Assembly (NCBI GenBank): GCA_022072225.1
Contig: JAJVIC010000003.1
Coordinates: 28,688-92,687, forward strand
Direction of reading: 5' to 3'
Source of the DNA: Bacteroidia bacterium
Lineage (GTDB): Bacteria; Bacteroidota; Bacteroidia; SXHM01
DNA: 64,000 nucleotides
The translations under genes were made by a program, and so were the position numbers. The notes below the pieces were generated by a model. It was not told the origin of the DNA and did no database searches. It was given only the letters and a program-made list of their open reading frames with translations. Of the stretch, positions 19,324 to 29,208 are shown piece after piece. The stretch's first letter is position 1, and each line of letters starts with the position of its first letter.

Positions 19324-20463
19324 ATGTTAAGTCAAGAAGAAATAACACGCTACAACCGTCATTTGATTTTGCCGGGGTTTGGTATTGAATGCCAGGAAAA
19401 ATTGAAGAGTGCAAAAGTATTAGTAGTTGGTGCAGGTGGCTTAGGTTGTCCTGTATTGCTTTATTTAACTGCTGCAGGAGTGGGTGAAATAGGAATCATA
19501 GATTTTGATACCGTTGACGAATCAAATTTGCAGCGCCAAATTTTATTTTCCGTGAACGATGTTGGAAAACCAAAAGTCGAAGTTGCCGCTGCAAAACTTT
19601 CAAAGCAAAATCCACATGTTAAGTTTAATGTTTATGCCATGCGTTTGCAAAATAAAAACGCACTGGAAATTTTTCAGGACTACGATATTATTATTGACGG
19701 TAGCGATAATTTTGCCACCCGTTATCTGGTAAATGATGCCTGTGTGCTGCTGAATAAGCCATTAGTTTATGGTGCTATATATAAATATGAAGGACAGGTT
19801 TCGGTATTTAATTATACTGACAAATCAGGCATTACAGGTCCAACCTATCGTTGTCTTTTTGCTGTGCCTCCTACAGCAGGCAGTGTTGCAAACTGTTCCG
19901 AAATTGGTGTGCTCAGTGTTTTGCCCGGCATAATAGGAACATTGCAGGCAACCGAAGCCATAAAAATAATCACTGGAATGGGCAAAGTGTTTTCGGGAAA
20001 AATAATGCTGGTTGATGCACTGAGCATGAATTTTTCAACTGTTGAATTGAGCAGAAATGAGGATGCGTGGAGAAATACAGTTCCTGCCTCGCCTGAAGAT
20101 TTTCTGAGAACTGATTACGAATTCTTCTGCGGAAATAAAACGGCTACTTCCTTTCTAAAAACAATTACCGTTTCCGAATTGCAGAAAATACTTGAATTAA
20201 CAAATGAGATACAATTATTGGATGTGCGCGAGCCGCACGAGCAGCCGCAAATAGATGAATTAATTGACTTGCAAATTCCTTTGGCAGAGATAAAATACCG
20301 TGCAGCTGAAATTTCGGAAACCCAAAAAGTAATTGTTTTCTGCAAAGCCGGAACGCGCAGCAAACGTGCTATTGAGCTGCTTGAAAGCGAATTTGGCTTT
20401 ACCAATCTTTACAACTTAGAGGGAGGTGTAACGGAATGGACAAAACACTATCAACTAAAATAA
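19324..20463 (+). CDS. moeB: molybdopterin synthase adenylyltransferase with rhodanese domain
   Basis: RYNRHL, VGAGGLG, SNLQRQ, DGSDNF, C-terminal DVRE...CKAGTRS. Confidence 0.95.
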   Translation: MLSQEEITRYNRHLILPGFGIECQEKLKSAKVLVVGAGGLGCPVLLYLTAAGVGEIGIIDFDTVDESNLQRQILFSVNDVGKPKVEVAAAKLSKQNPHVKFNVYAMRLQNKNALEIFQDYDIIIDGSDNFATRYLVNDACVLLNKPLVYGAIYKYEGQVSVFNYTDKSGITGPTYRCLFAVPPTAGSVANCSEIGVLSVLPGIIGTLQATEAIKIITGMGKVFSGKIMLVDALSMNFSTVELSRNEDAWRNTVPASPEDFLRTDYEFFCGNKTATSFLKTITVSELQKILELTNEIQLLDVREPHEQPQIDELIDLQIPLAEIKYRAAEISETQKVIVFCKAGTRSKRAIELLESEFGFTNLYNLEGGVTEWTKHYQLK

Positions 20464-20464
20464 T

Positions 20465-20908
20465 ATGAGCGAAAAAAAGAAACATAAAGTATTTGTAAAC
20501 GGTGCAATAAGCCCACAGTTTATTGCCGATTCCATTGCAAAACACAGCACCAAAACAACTATTGGCGCACACGATATCTTTCTGGGGCAGGTGCGCAGCG
20601 ATATGATTGAGGGCAAAACCGTTCAGGCTATTGACTACTCAGCTTACGAAGAAATGGCGGAAGAAAAATTTTACGAAATACGGGAAGCCGCATTCGCGAA
20701 ATTTAATCTTACCTGTATGCACATTTATCACAGTCTTGGAAAAATTAAAGCAGGTGAAATCTGTTTGTTTGTTTTTGTTTCATCACAACACCGTGCTGCT
20801 GCTTTTGAGGCCTGCCGATGGATTACGGAAGAAATAAAAGCCGGTGTTCCTGTTTTTGGGAAAGAGATTTTTGAAGATGAAACACACGTTTGGAAGGTAA
20901 ATAATTAA
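20465..20908 (+). CDS. moaE: molybdopterin synthase catalytic subunit
   Basis: FLGQVR, YSAYEEMA, HR, IKAGVPVFGKE. Confidence 0.93.
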   Translation: MSEKKKHKVFVNGAISPQFIADSIAKHSTKTTIGAHDIFLGQVRSDMIEGKTVQAIDYSAYEEMAEEKFYEIREAAFAKFNLTCMHIYHSLGKIKAGEICLFVFVSSQHRAAAFEACRWITEEIKAGVPVFGKEIFEDETHVWKVNN

Positions 20909-20916
20909 TCGAACAG

Positions 20917-21396
20917 ATGTATTATATTTCGGTCCTGTTCCATGTAATTGCAGCAGCCATCTGGGTAGGTGGAATGATTTTTTTGCCTGCTGTTTTATTA
21001 CCGGCCATAAGAAATAATCCTCAAAAAATTGAACTAATCCATACCGTTGGTTTAAAGTTCAGAACCATTGGTTGGATTGTTCTTTTTATTCTGCTCGTAA
21101 CTGGCTTATCCAATATGTATTACAGGCAAGTTGATTTTTCATGGGCGGGTTTAACAGTCAATCATTTTGGAAGAATGGTTCTGCTGAAGTTGCTGGTTTT
21201 TACAGCTACAGTAACCATCAGCTCATTGCACGATTTTTATATCGGAACCACTGCAACACGTTTGTGGATGCAAAATGCTGATGACAAAAAAACTCGGAAT
21301 TTTCGTTTATGGGCGCGGTGGGCTGGCAGGATAAACATGCTGCTGGGTATAACTGCATTTGGTATAGGTGTAGCAATGGTTAGGGGGATTTATTAA
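20917..21396 (+). CDS. CopD/DUF4149-like four-TM membrane protein
   Basis: HVIAAAIWVGGMIF, LKL, LHDF. Confidence 0.75.
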   Translation: MYYISVLFHVIAAAIWVGGMIFLPAVLLPAIRNNPQKIELIHTVGLKFRTIGWIVLFILLVTGLSNMYYRQVDFSWAGLTVNHFGRMVLLKLLVFTATVTISSLHDFYIGTTATRLWMQNADDKKTRNFRLWARWAGRINMLLGITAFGIGVAMVRGIY

Positions 21397-21408
21397 AAAT
21401 ATAACAAC

Positions 21409-22320
21409 ATGGTAGATATAACAATCAAATCAAGCAGCCTGCGCGAGGCAATTGCACTGGCAACAGTGAGAGTGAGCAAACAGGAAACCATTGATGCCAT
21501 AAAAAACAAAACTGTTCCCAAGGGCGATGTTTTTGAAATGGCAAAAACTGCAGGACTGTTTGGCGTAAAGCGCACCAGCGATATGATTCCCGATTGTCAT
21601 CCGTTGCCGGTTGAGTTTGCAGCGGTGCGTTATGAAATAAGCGGGCTGGACATAAATATTGAAATGGAAGTACGCACTATTTACAAAACCGGTGTGGAAG
21701 TGGAGGCCATGCACGGTGTATCGGTGGTGGCGCTTACTATGTATGATATGCTGAAACCTATTGACAAGCAGATTGAAATTTCTTCCATAAAACTGAAAGA
21801 GAAGAAAGGTGGCAAAAGTGATTTTACCGACAAGTTCCGCAAAGATTTGAAAGCTGCTGTAGTGGTATGCAGCGACAGCATTTCAGCAGGAAAAAAAGAA
21901 GACAAAGCAGGAAAAGCCATTATCGCGAAACTGGAAACGTGCAAAGTTGCTGTGTCGGATTATTCCATTATTCCTGACGAAAAAGCGGAGATACAAAAAA
22001 AACTGACTGCACTGTATGAAGCAAAAAACGATTTGATAATTTTTACAGGAGGCACCGGACTTTCACCACGCGATGTTACGCCCGAAGCTATTGCTCCCCT
22101 ACTCGACCGCGAAATTCCCGGCATTATGGAAGCAGCACGCAACTACGGGCAAGACCGCACACCTTTTTCCATGCTTTCGCGCGGGGTGGCCGGCATGAAA
22201 GGTAATACGCTGGTGCTGGCTCTGCCCGGTTCAACCAAAGGAGCAAAGGAAACCATGGATGCGCTGTTTCCCTTTATCCTTCATGTTTTCCGCATTATTG
22301 AAGGAGCCCAACATTATTAA
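21409..22320 (+). CDS. moaCB: bifunctional MoaC/MoaB
   Basis: MVDIT.K, IPDCHP, TGVEVEA, YDMLK; then [19 protein letters not shown]. Confidence 0.93.
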   Translation: MVDITIKSSSLREAIALATVRVSKQETIDAIKNKTVPKGDVFEMAKTAGLFGVKRTSDMIPDCHPLPVEFAAVRYEISGLDINIEMEVRTIYKTGVEVEAMHGVSVVALTMYDMLKPIDKQIEISSIKLKEKKGGKSDFTDKFRKDLKAAVVVCSDSISAGKKEDKAGKAIIAKLETCKVAVSDYSIIPDEKAEIQKKLTALYEAKNDLIIFTGGTGLSPRDVTPEAIAPLLDREIPGIMEAARNYGQDRTPFSMLSRGVAGMKGNTLVLALPGSTKGAKETMDALFPFILHVFRIIEGAQHY

Positions 22321-22338
22321 TCTTAAAAGAAAAAACGT

Positions 22339-22725
22339 ATGACGGTTACCGACTTCAGCGAAAATTATCACCTGTATGAAAACATGGCGGTATGGGAAAT
22401 AAAATCGATGGATGATTTTTTTAAAACCCACGAAAACCTGTATGAGATTTTTGAAAAAGAATATGGTTTTGCTTACAACAAACTGAACGAAAACAAAACC
22501 AAATTCACTGACACCGATGTTATGCTGGTTTCAAAACTGCTTGATCATTTTGGTGATAAAGAATTTTTTGTTTTCTCTTTTAATGACAAACACCATACTG
22601 ATTTGAAGCGATTGCAGAAAAATAAAATAATTGATTTCGGAATGGATATTCACCTTATACACCCTGAATATATTTATGTGCTGGAAATGGATAAAACAAA
22701 GGATATGATGAAGTATGATAACTAA
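22339..22725 (+). CDS. hypothetical protein
   Basis: 128-aa ORF in operon spacing; no recognisable motif. Confidence 0.65.
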   Translation: MTVTDFSENYHLYENMAVWEIKSMDDFFKTHENLYEIFEKEYGFAYNKLNENKTKFTDTDVMLVSKLLDHFGDKEFFVFSFNDKHHTDLKRLQKNKIIDFGMDIHLIHPEYIYVLEMDKTKDMMKYDN

Positions 22726-22731
22726 TTAACA

Positions 22732-23190
22732 ATGGCCGACCGATCTACACTTAAAAACAATTTGCGCTACCACCGGGTAATTGCGGTCTGCATTGTTATG
22801 GCTTCTATATGGGGCACGTATGAGTTCACGAAAACAAATCCCAGTTATCAAAACGGGCAGCAAAAAATATCGGGGCAGCATGTGAACGGAAAAGATGAAG
22901 GATTGTGGACCTGGTTTTATGAAAACGGAAAAAAACAAATGCAGGGAAATTTTGTGCACGGGCAGCGCACGGGCGTTTGGACTATATGGGACAGCAGCGG
23001 AAATAAACTAAACGAAAGCCTGTATGAAGGCGACAAACTGAATGGAAAATTCACACGCTGGTATGGCAACGGAATTAAAGAAAGTGAAGGCACTTATGCA
23101 GATGACCAATTGCAGGGCGAGGTTGTTTATTACAACACTGACGGAACACTGAAAGAGAAAAAGTATTTTAACAATGGGGTGGAACAGTAA
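22732..23190 (+). CDS. MORN-repeat (YwqK-like) protein
   Basis: Repeated G.W..WYENG motifs after a TM anchor. Confidence 0.85.
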   Translation: MADRSTLKNNLRYHRVIAVCIVMASIWGTYEFTKTNPSYQNGQQKISGQHVNGKDEGLWTWFYENGKKQMQGNFVHGQRTGVWTIWDSSGNKLNESLYEGDKLNGKFTRWYGNGIKESEGTYADDQLQGEVVYYNTDGTLKEKKYFNNGVEQ

Positions 23191-23965
23191 ACAGCGGGCA
23201 GTGGGCAGTGGACAGTTTGCAGTCAATGGCAAGTGCAAATCAATAATTCTTTTGTTAGCAGTAATCATTTCGCAGAATGTTTTACCGCAAGGCGCTGAAA
23301 ATAATATTGATTACGGAAACCAGCAGTGGGTGCAGTATTACAGCCGCATTGATTTAGGAAAAAAATTTACCCTGCTCAATGATGCCAGCCTTCGCGTAAA
23401 AGAAAGTTTCACACAAATGGCGTTGGTGCTGGTGCGCTCGGGATTGGCTTATTCTGTTAACGAACATATTTCGGTGGCGGGCGGGGTTTGCGCTACGTTT
23501 GCTTTTACTGATAATAACGCATCGCGGATGGAACTGCGGGGCTGGGAAGAATTATTTTTTCCCCTGCGCAGCGGCAGGTTATATTTCAGCAACCGCCTGC
23601 GTTTGGAGCAGCGCTATTTCAGGGTAATGAGCAATGGCAGTATTACTAACGATGAAAGTTATTTCAACCGCCTGCGCTACCGGTTGTATGTTACCATTCC
23701 GCTGAATCATAAAACCATGTGCGCAAAAACCATTGCGCTTAATGTGGGTGACGAGGTGATGGTAAACTTCGGGCAACAGGTAAAATACAATGCCTTTGAT
23801 ACCAACCGCCTGCTGGCAGGCCTGAGTTTTCAGGTTACTGAACAGTTGCTTCTTTCGCTCAACTATATGCTGCAGCTGAGCCACCCCAATGTGCCCCTCA
23901 GTTTTGAAGAAAATAATATTGTGTGGTTGCAGGTAACGCACAGTATAAATAAACACAAACCCTAA
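23174..23965 (+). CDS. DUF2490 outer-membrane beta-barrel (start uncertain, possibly GTG 23201)
   Basis: RLRLEQR, RLRYRL, DEVMVN, FDTNRLLAGL. Confidence 0.85.
   Translation: MGWNSKQRAVGSGQFAVNGKCKSIILLLAVIISQNVLPQGAENNIDYGNQQWVQYYSRIDLGKKFTLLNDASLRVKESFTQMALVLVRSGLAYSVNEHISVAGGVCATFAFTDNNASRMELRGWEELFFPLRSGRLYFSNRLRLEQRYFRVMSNGSITNDESYFNRLRYRLYVTIPLNHKTMCAKTIALNVGDEVMVNFGQQVKYNAFDTNRLLAGLSFQVTEQLLLSLNYMLQLSHPNVPLSFEENNIVWLQVTHSINKHKP
23185..23226 (+). repeat. six tandem heptamers CAGTNNN
   Basis: cagtaaa cagcggg cagtggg cagtgga cagtttg cagtcaa. Confidence 0.65.
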
Positions 23966-24018
23966 AATGCCTCAAACAGGGTATTGCATTCAGCGGTTTA
24001 CTGCTTCAATTTTGCGCC

Positions 24019-24978
24019 ATGAATCAGTTCAATGATTTTTTTGCCGACTTAGCCGATTACTTTATTGACCCCACGCGGAAAACCTATTTCCTTTACCTGC
24101 TATCGTCACTGCTTATTGCGGTGGTGTATCTATTGTTTATGCGCCCGGGCGAAAGCGGCTTTGCCGCGCGCATGCGCAGCTACCTGTTTAACCGTGCGCA
24201 CTGGACGGGAGCTTCGCCTGCCAATGATTATTTTCTTACAGTGTTTAATGCCTGTGTGCGCACATTTCTTATCGTGCCTTTTTTTTTATCGGGTTTAAGT
24301 TTGAGCTACAAATTAGCCGGCTGGCTTATTATTAATTTTGATTCACCGCTTGCTTATACCGGCAGCAAGGTGCCTGTAGTTGCCGGATATACGGTTTGCC
24401 TGTGGCTGCTGGGCGATTTTTCGCGTTTTCTGTTGCATTACCTTGCCCACCGCATAAAGTTTTTGTGGGAGTTTCATAAGGTGCATCATTCGGCTACGGT
24501 GCTCAACCCTTTTACGCTTTACAGGCAGCACCCGGTTGAAATGTTTCTTTTTCACCTGCGTGGTTCGCTGGTTTTTGGGTTTGTTACCGGTATGTTTTAT
24601 TATTTTTTTTCCGGTTCGCTGGGTATTGTGGAAGTGCTGGGTGTTAATGCCGGAAGGTTTGTATTTCTTGTTGCAGGCTCAAATCTCAGGCATTCGCATA
24701 TTCCGCTTTCATATGGCAGATGGCTTGAGCATATTTTTATAAGTCCCTTGCAGCACCAGATACATCACAGCATAGATAAGCATGATCATCATAAAAACAT
24801 GGGCTCGCATCTGGCAGTGTGGGACTGGATGTTTGGCACCCTGAAAACAGCTGAAAAAGGAAAACAACATTATGAGTTTGGTATTCCTGACGCGAAGGCG
24901 GATAATTTCAATTCGTTTGCCGGCTCTTTATGGCTGCCTTTCCGCAATATTTTCCGCAAATTGAAAAGCAAAGCATGA
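24019..24978 (+). CDS. sterol desaturase / fatty acid hydroxylase family
   Basis: His boxes HYLAH, HKVHH, RHSH, HQIHH. Confidence 0.9.
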   Translation: MNQFNDFFADLADYFIDPTRKTYFLYLLSSLLIAVVYLLFMRPGESGFAARMRSYLFNRAHWTGASPANDYFLTVFNACVRTFLIVPFFLSGLSLSYKLAGWLIINFDSPLAYTGSKVPVVAGYTVCLWLLGDFSRFLLHYLAHRIKFLWEFHKVHHSATVLNPFTLYRQHPVEMFLFHLRGSLVFGFVTGMFYYFFSGSLGIVEVLGVNAGRFVFLVAGSNLRHSHIPLSYGRWLEHIFISPLQHQIHHSIDKHDHHKNMGSHLAVWDWMFGTLKTAEKGKQHYEFGIPDAKADNFNSFAGSLWLPFRNIFRKLKSKA

Positions 24979-24996
24979 TTGATTGATTAGTCCTGT

Positions 24997-25635
24997 TCAG
25001 GGTTTGGCACCCGCTTCCAGCGTGGTAAGTGTATAAGTTACTGTGGTGCTCATTTCGGTGCCGCTGTATTTCATGATTAAACCTTTTTCAATGGGTATGC
25101 TTAGCGGGGCAGGAGCGTTTACAGCAACATATTCGGCCTCTACTTTGTAGCGCAGCGAGGGCATTTTTACGTCTTCGGCTATCCATATAAAGGCATCGGC
25201 ACCCTGGTTGACGAAGCCCGATAACAGGATGTGGTATTTCTTGCAGGTGTGTCCAAGAATTTTTTCGGTTTTGCCGGTATATTCCATATCGGTTCTGAAG
25301 TGAAAGGGCATGTAGTCCAGCAATTCGGCTTTCGAGTCGTCAATGTTATAATATTGGGCGGTGTATTTTTCTCCGCTGCTTATAATATAGGCTTCTTTGG
25401 TTGTATGGTTGATAACGGTTTCGCGTTCACCGGTTGAAAATTGTTCGCTCATAAGAAACTGTTCGGGCGATGTGAAAATGGTTACGCTGCTGCCTGCGAA
25501 GGCTTGCGTAAGTTTTACCAGGGTGCTGTCGCTACCGCTTACTTCAATGGAGTAAGCTAATTTTCCGGAAAAGTTTTGTGCGTGAATCGGGAGTATTGCA
25601 AGTAGGTGTAAAAAAAGCAGAAAAAGGGTTTTCAT
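24997..25635 (-). CDS. secreted DUF4412/GLPGLI-like protein
   Basis: Start MKTLF at 25635; TGKTEKILGHTCKKY motif. Confidence 0.7.
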   Translation of the reverse strand: MKTLFLLFLHLLAILPIHAQNFSGKLAYSIEVSGSDSTLVKLTQAFAGSSVTIFTSPEQFLMSEQFSTGERETVINHTTKEAYIISSGEKYTAQYYNIDDSKAELLDYMPFHFRTDMEYTGKTEKILGHTCKKYHILLSGFVNQGADAFIWIAEDVKMPSLRYKVEAEYVAVNAPAPLSIPIEKGLIMKYSGTEMSTTVTYTLTTLEAGAKP

Positions 25636-25694
25636 GTGGCGGATTTTAGTGTAATCAGGGGGCAAATCTATTATTGAGTTCCCGTTTTTGTTTT

Positions 25695-25708
25695 GTGATT
25701 ATTGTCAT
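25695..25708. promoter_or_regulatory. Crp/Fnr-type operator
   Basis: GTGA-TTATTG-TCAT; extra half-site TCATAGTTT at 25740 whose TCAT ends 30 bp before the end of TTTG 25770-25773. Confidence 0.6.
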
Positions 25709-25786
25709 AATTCATCTTTAGTTTCAAAATTATTTTCTATCATAGTTTATTGCTTAAAAATCATTAATCTTTGCGCACAAAAAAAC

Positions 25787-27163
25787 ATGTACGCAAAAAT
25801 TGTAAAACTCTGGGCATACCTTTTTCTGGGCGCAGGATTAGTGTTTATGCTCTTCCCTGTTGAGCTGGAAGCTGGCATGAACGACTTAGCTCAACTGCTT
25901 GGATTAAAAGGAACAATAAATGCTATGCCCGGCAAACTGTGGCATATTCTTTCACTCTCACTGATGGGAGCACTTGTTGCTCTTGCTTTTGCAAGTTCAC
26001 GTTTTCCTGAAAACAATGCACTCTACCGCATTATTGTATTAGCAAAAACAATCAGCGTTGCAGGATTTATTTTTCTTGCTCTGTGTGAAGGCAGTGCATG
26101 GATTATGGCTGCTGCTGTAGATGGATTTATTGCATTCACCTTAATAATCTCTCATACATCTTTAAAGGCTTCTGCAATGAGTGCCGGTTTTCCGCGCACC
26201 TATTCAGGTAACAAACCTTTTTATGAGGTATGGTATGGTAAGATTGATATTGCTCAGGGCAAAGCATTTTGGTTTCGTTATACATTGCTTGACGGGGTGA
26301 AACACGAGGCCAGTGTGTGGGCTATTTTGTTCAGCGATAAAATAACAACGGGTAAAAACACCTTTGCACTGAACACGCTTGCACCGCCCAACTGCCTTAT
26401 TATTCCCGACCACAAAGAAACAGCACGGTTTGAAACACAACAACAAGTTTTTCATTTGGGAGGCAATCACCTGGATGGGGCAAATGCGATAGGACAAGCG
26501 GGCACTGTTTCATGGGATTTGCAATTTGCCGATAACAACTGGCGTTTTGAGCATGTTCCGCCTTTAATGAAAGCGCTGAAACTGGCTAAAAGTATTTATT
26601 ACGCCTGTTTTCTTGACCTGCGCTTTTCAGGAAAAATAAATTCAGGTGCTGAAACTATAATCCTGAAAGACCGCCCCGGAATGATAGGGCATATTTACGG
26701 AAAGAAAAGTGCTCACGCTTGGGCTTGGGCACACTGCAACAATTTTGTGGGTGAGCGGCAGGTAATTTTCGAAGGCCTTTCTGCACAACTAAAATTGGGT
26801 GGCAAGGTTTCACCGCCTCTTACTTCGTTTGTTTTTATTGCCGATAATCAACTCTATTCTTTTTCCTCAACGGTGCAATTGTTTAAAGCTCAATCGGAGT
26901 TTGGTAATGGCAAATGGACATTTACTGCTCAATCCAATGAAGCTATATTAAAGGGCGAGGCTACTGCTCCTGCCAACATTGCTCTGGTGGAATATACCGA
27001 TACAGACAACAGTAATTTGTATTGCTATAACAGCAAATTGGCTGATTTAAAATTAGAATTTACATTGCTGAAAACAGGCAAGTCCGAAACATTTGTTTCG
27101 CAGGGAACCTGTGCCTTTGAATTGGTAAACCGCGATAAGCCAAACAAAGCAATAGATTTATAA
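25787..27163 (+). CDS. membrane domain fused to tocopherol cyclase/AttH-like beta domain
   Basis: Four N-terminal TMs; FYEVWY, FWFRYT, GMIGHIYG...WAWAHCNNF. Confidence 0.7.
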   Translation: MYAKIVKLWAYLFLGAGLVFMLFPVELEAGMNDLAQLLGLKGTINAMPGKLWHILSLSLMGALVALAFASSRFPENNALYRIIVLAKTISVAGFIFLALCEGSAWIMAAAVDGFIAFTLIISHTSLKASAMSAGFPRTYSGNKPFYEVWYGKIDIAQGKAFWFRYTLLDGVKHEASVWAILFSDKITTGKNTFALNTLAPPNCLIIPDHKETARFETQQQVFHLGGNHLDGANAIGQAGTVSWDLQFADNNWRFEHVPPLMKALKLAKSIYYACFLDLRFSGKINSGAETIILKDRPGMIGHIYGKKSAHAWAWAHCNNFVGERQVIFEGLSAQLKLGGKVSPPLTSFVFIADNQLYSFSSTVQLFKAQSEFGNGKWTFTAQSNEAILKGEATAPANIALVEYTDTDNSNLYCYNSKLADLKLEFTLLKTGKSETFVSQGTCAFELVNRDKPNKAIDL

Positions 27164-27196
27164 GCAGCCTGAAAGCAGCACAAGAAAAAGAAAAAC

Positions 27197-28999
27197 ATGC
27201 ACCACTCAATTCAACAGCGCTGGCTTCAATTTTCGGGAGTCAGTACTGAAACAGTATCCGAAAAACTTTTAGCAGCACAGCAACGGGCAAAGCGTTATCC
27301 GAGGCCTTATTGTTGGATATATCCTTTTGCGGCAGGGTTGGTTAATACCCTGCTTCCTTTGTTTCTGATGGGCAAGTTTAGCCGTGCGGCTAACCTGAGC
27401 CCAACTGATTTTGAAGAATTTTGTGTGCGGCTTAAAGCCTGTAATCCTCCTTTATTAAGGATGCTTGGCTTTTTTGCAATAGCTCCGCTAATGGAGGTGC
27501 TTGCCGATGAGCAAACGCAGGAACAGGAACAGGAGCATCCCTTGGAAAAGCAGCTTAGTATGCTGCAGGGCGATTGCGAAACGGATTACGATGTACTCAT
27601 TATAGGTTCGGGGGCTGGCGGGGCACCTGCGGCTTTGCGGCTGAGCGAGCAGGGATTGAAAACGGCTGTTATTGAGCAGGGCGACATTCTGCGCATGGAC
27701 AAAGCTCCGCGCATATTGGAAAAGCATTACATAGGACAGGGACTTACCGCTTCGCTTAACGGGGGCATGTTGATTACGCTGGCAGGGCAAACGGTGGGTG
27801 GCACTACTTCCATTAATTCGGGAACCTGCCTTAATCCGCTTGAAAAGAACTTAGAGCGGTGGAATAAAAAGTGGGGCACCTTTTTTTCGGGCAAGATGCT
27901 TAAGCCCTGGCTGCAACAGGCAGCCGAACAAATAGGGGTGTGCATACCACCCGCTACGTTACTGAGTAAATCGGCTGCTTTATTTGATAAAGGCCTGAAG
28001 GCCTTAGGCAGGCAGGGCGCCTATATTTTGCCGCGCAATGCGCCCGGATGCAAAGGTGCAGGGCGCTGCTGCTTTGCCTGTCCGCACCATGCCAAGCAAA
28101 GCACCGACCTTAGTTTTTTGCCGCAGGCTATTGCCAAAGGGGCTGCGCTGTTTGCCAATGCCAAAGCTATTGCTATTGAAGAAAAGGATAACCTTGTTCA
28201 TATTACGGTGCAGCAATATAAGATGATAAAAACCTTTTCGTGTAAGAAGTTGATTATTGCTGCGGGTGCGTTTTACACGCCCGGTTTGTTAAAGCGTAAT
28301 AGCCTTGGCAGCGCCTTAAACAAAGCCGGAAAATTTTTGAAAATACATCCTGCTACCAAGGTGTTTGCTTATTTTCCGGGATTGCAGCATGGCGAAACGG
28401 GTATTCCCCAGGGCATGGGCTATAAGCCGCCAGAGTTGGAGCACATTACCTTGGAAGGTATTCATACGCCAAAAAGTTTAACGGCTCCTATACTTTCGGT
28501 GGCGGGCAAAAAGTTTAACTGGTGGATGGAGCATAGTAATGACCTTGCCAGTTTTGGGTTGATGGTGCAGGACAGAGGCAGGGGCAGGGTACTGGAAATT
28601 GCTTCTTTTCCTTATACCTTTTATAAGCTGCACCGGCAGGATGCCCGTGATATAGGTGAGGCGGTGTTGCTTATTGCCCGTGCCTTTTTTGCTGCCGGAG
28701 CCGAAAAGGTGTTGCTTCCGCTTTCGGGAAAACTGCAAAAAGAATTTAATAGTGTGGCGGAGCTGGCTGTTTTAAAACCGGAGGATTTCAAGCCTCAAAG
28801 TTTTATCATCAGTGGTTTTCATCCGCAGGGTACGGCAGGCATTGGCAGGGTGGTGGATAACAACCTGCAATTGCTGGGTGCCAAAAACATTTTTGTGTGC
28901 GATGCCTCGGTATTGCCCGACTCACCGGGGGTAAATCCGATGATGACTATTATGGCGCTTTCATTGCGGCTGGGTGATTTTTTGGGCAGGGACAGGTAA
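27197..28999 (+). CDS. GMC family oxidoreductase
   Basis: IGSGAGG, VGGTTSINSG, FHPQGT, DASVLP, GVNPMMTIMA. Confidence 0.9.
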   Translation: MHHSIQQRWLQFSGVSTETVSEKLLAAQQRAKRYPRPYCWIYPFAAGLVNTLLPLFLMGKFSRAANLSPTDFEEFCVRLKACNPPLLRMLGFFAIAPLMEVLADEQTQEQEQEHPLEKQLSMLQGDCETDYDVLIIGSGAGGAPAALRLSEQGLKTAVIEQGDILRMDKAPRILEKHYIGQGLTASLNGGMLITLAGQTVGGTTSINSGTCLNPLEKNLERWNKKWGTFFSGKMLKPWLQQAAEQIGVCIPPATLLSKSAALFDKGLKALGRQGAYILPRNAPGCKGAGRCCFACPHHAKQSTDLSFLPQAIAKGAALFANAKAIAIEEKDNLVHITVQQYKMIKTFSCKKLIIAAGAFYTPGLLKRNSLGSALNKAGKFLKIHPATKVFAYFPGLQHGETGIPQGMGYKPPELEHITLEGIHTPKSLTAPILSVAGKKFNWWMEHSNDLASFGLMVQDRGRGRVLEIASFPYTFYKLHRQDARDIGEAVLLIARAFFAAGAEKVLLPLSGKLQKEFNSVAELAVLKPEDFKPQSFIISGFHPQGTAGIGRVVDNNLQLLGAKNIFVCDASVLPDSPGVNPMMTIMALSLRLGDFLGRDR

Positions 29000-29018
29000 G
29001 CTGCGGATTATTTTTTTT

Positions 29019-29032
29019 GTGATTGTTATCAT
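29019..29032 (+). promoter_or_regulatory. Crp/Fnr-type operator
   Basis: GTGA-TTGTTA-TCAT in the gap upstream of the GNAT gene; no TTTG at the usual spacing. Confidence 0.5.
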
Positions 29033-29208
29033 ATTTTGCCTGTCGCGTGCTGAAATGCAGCTATTGGTTTACTTTTATCGGCTTAAAAATAACCGTTATG
29101 ATTTCGCATATTAAGCAAACCCACGGCCAGCCATACGTGGGCCCGTTGCCCGAAAAGGAGATCACTCCAAATTTGAAAGACCGCCTGAAGGGTTACTTAT
29201 CCTGACCG

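Noticed and set aside
29098-29205. 35-aa ORF just upstream of the GNAT gene
   Set aside because: Too short and without a motif; could be a leader or remnant, but unsupported
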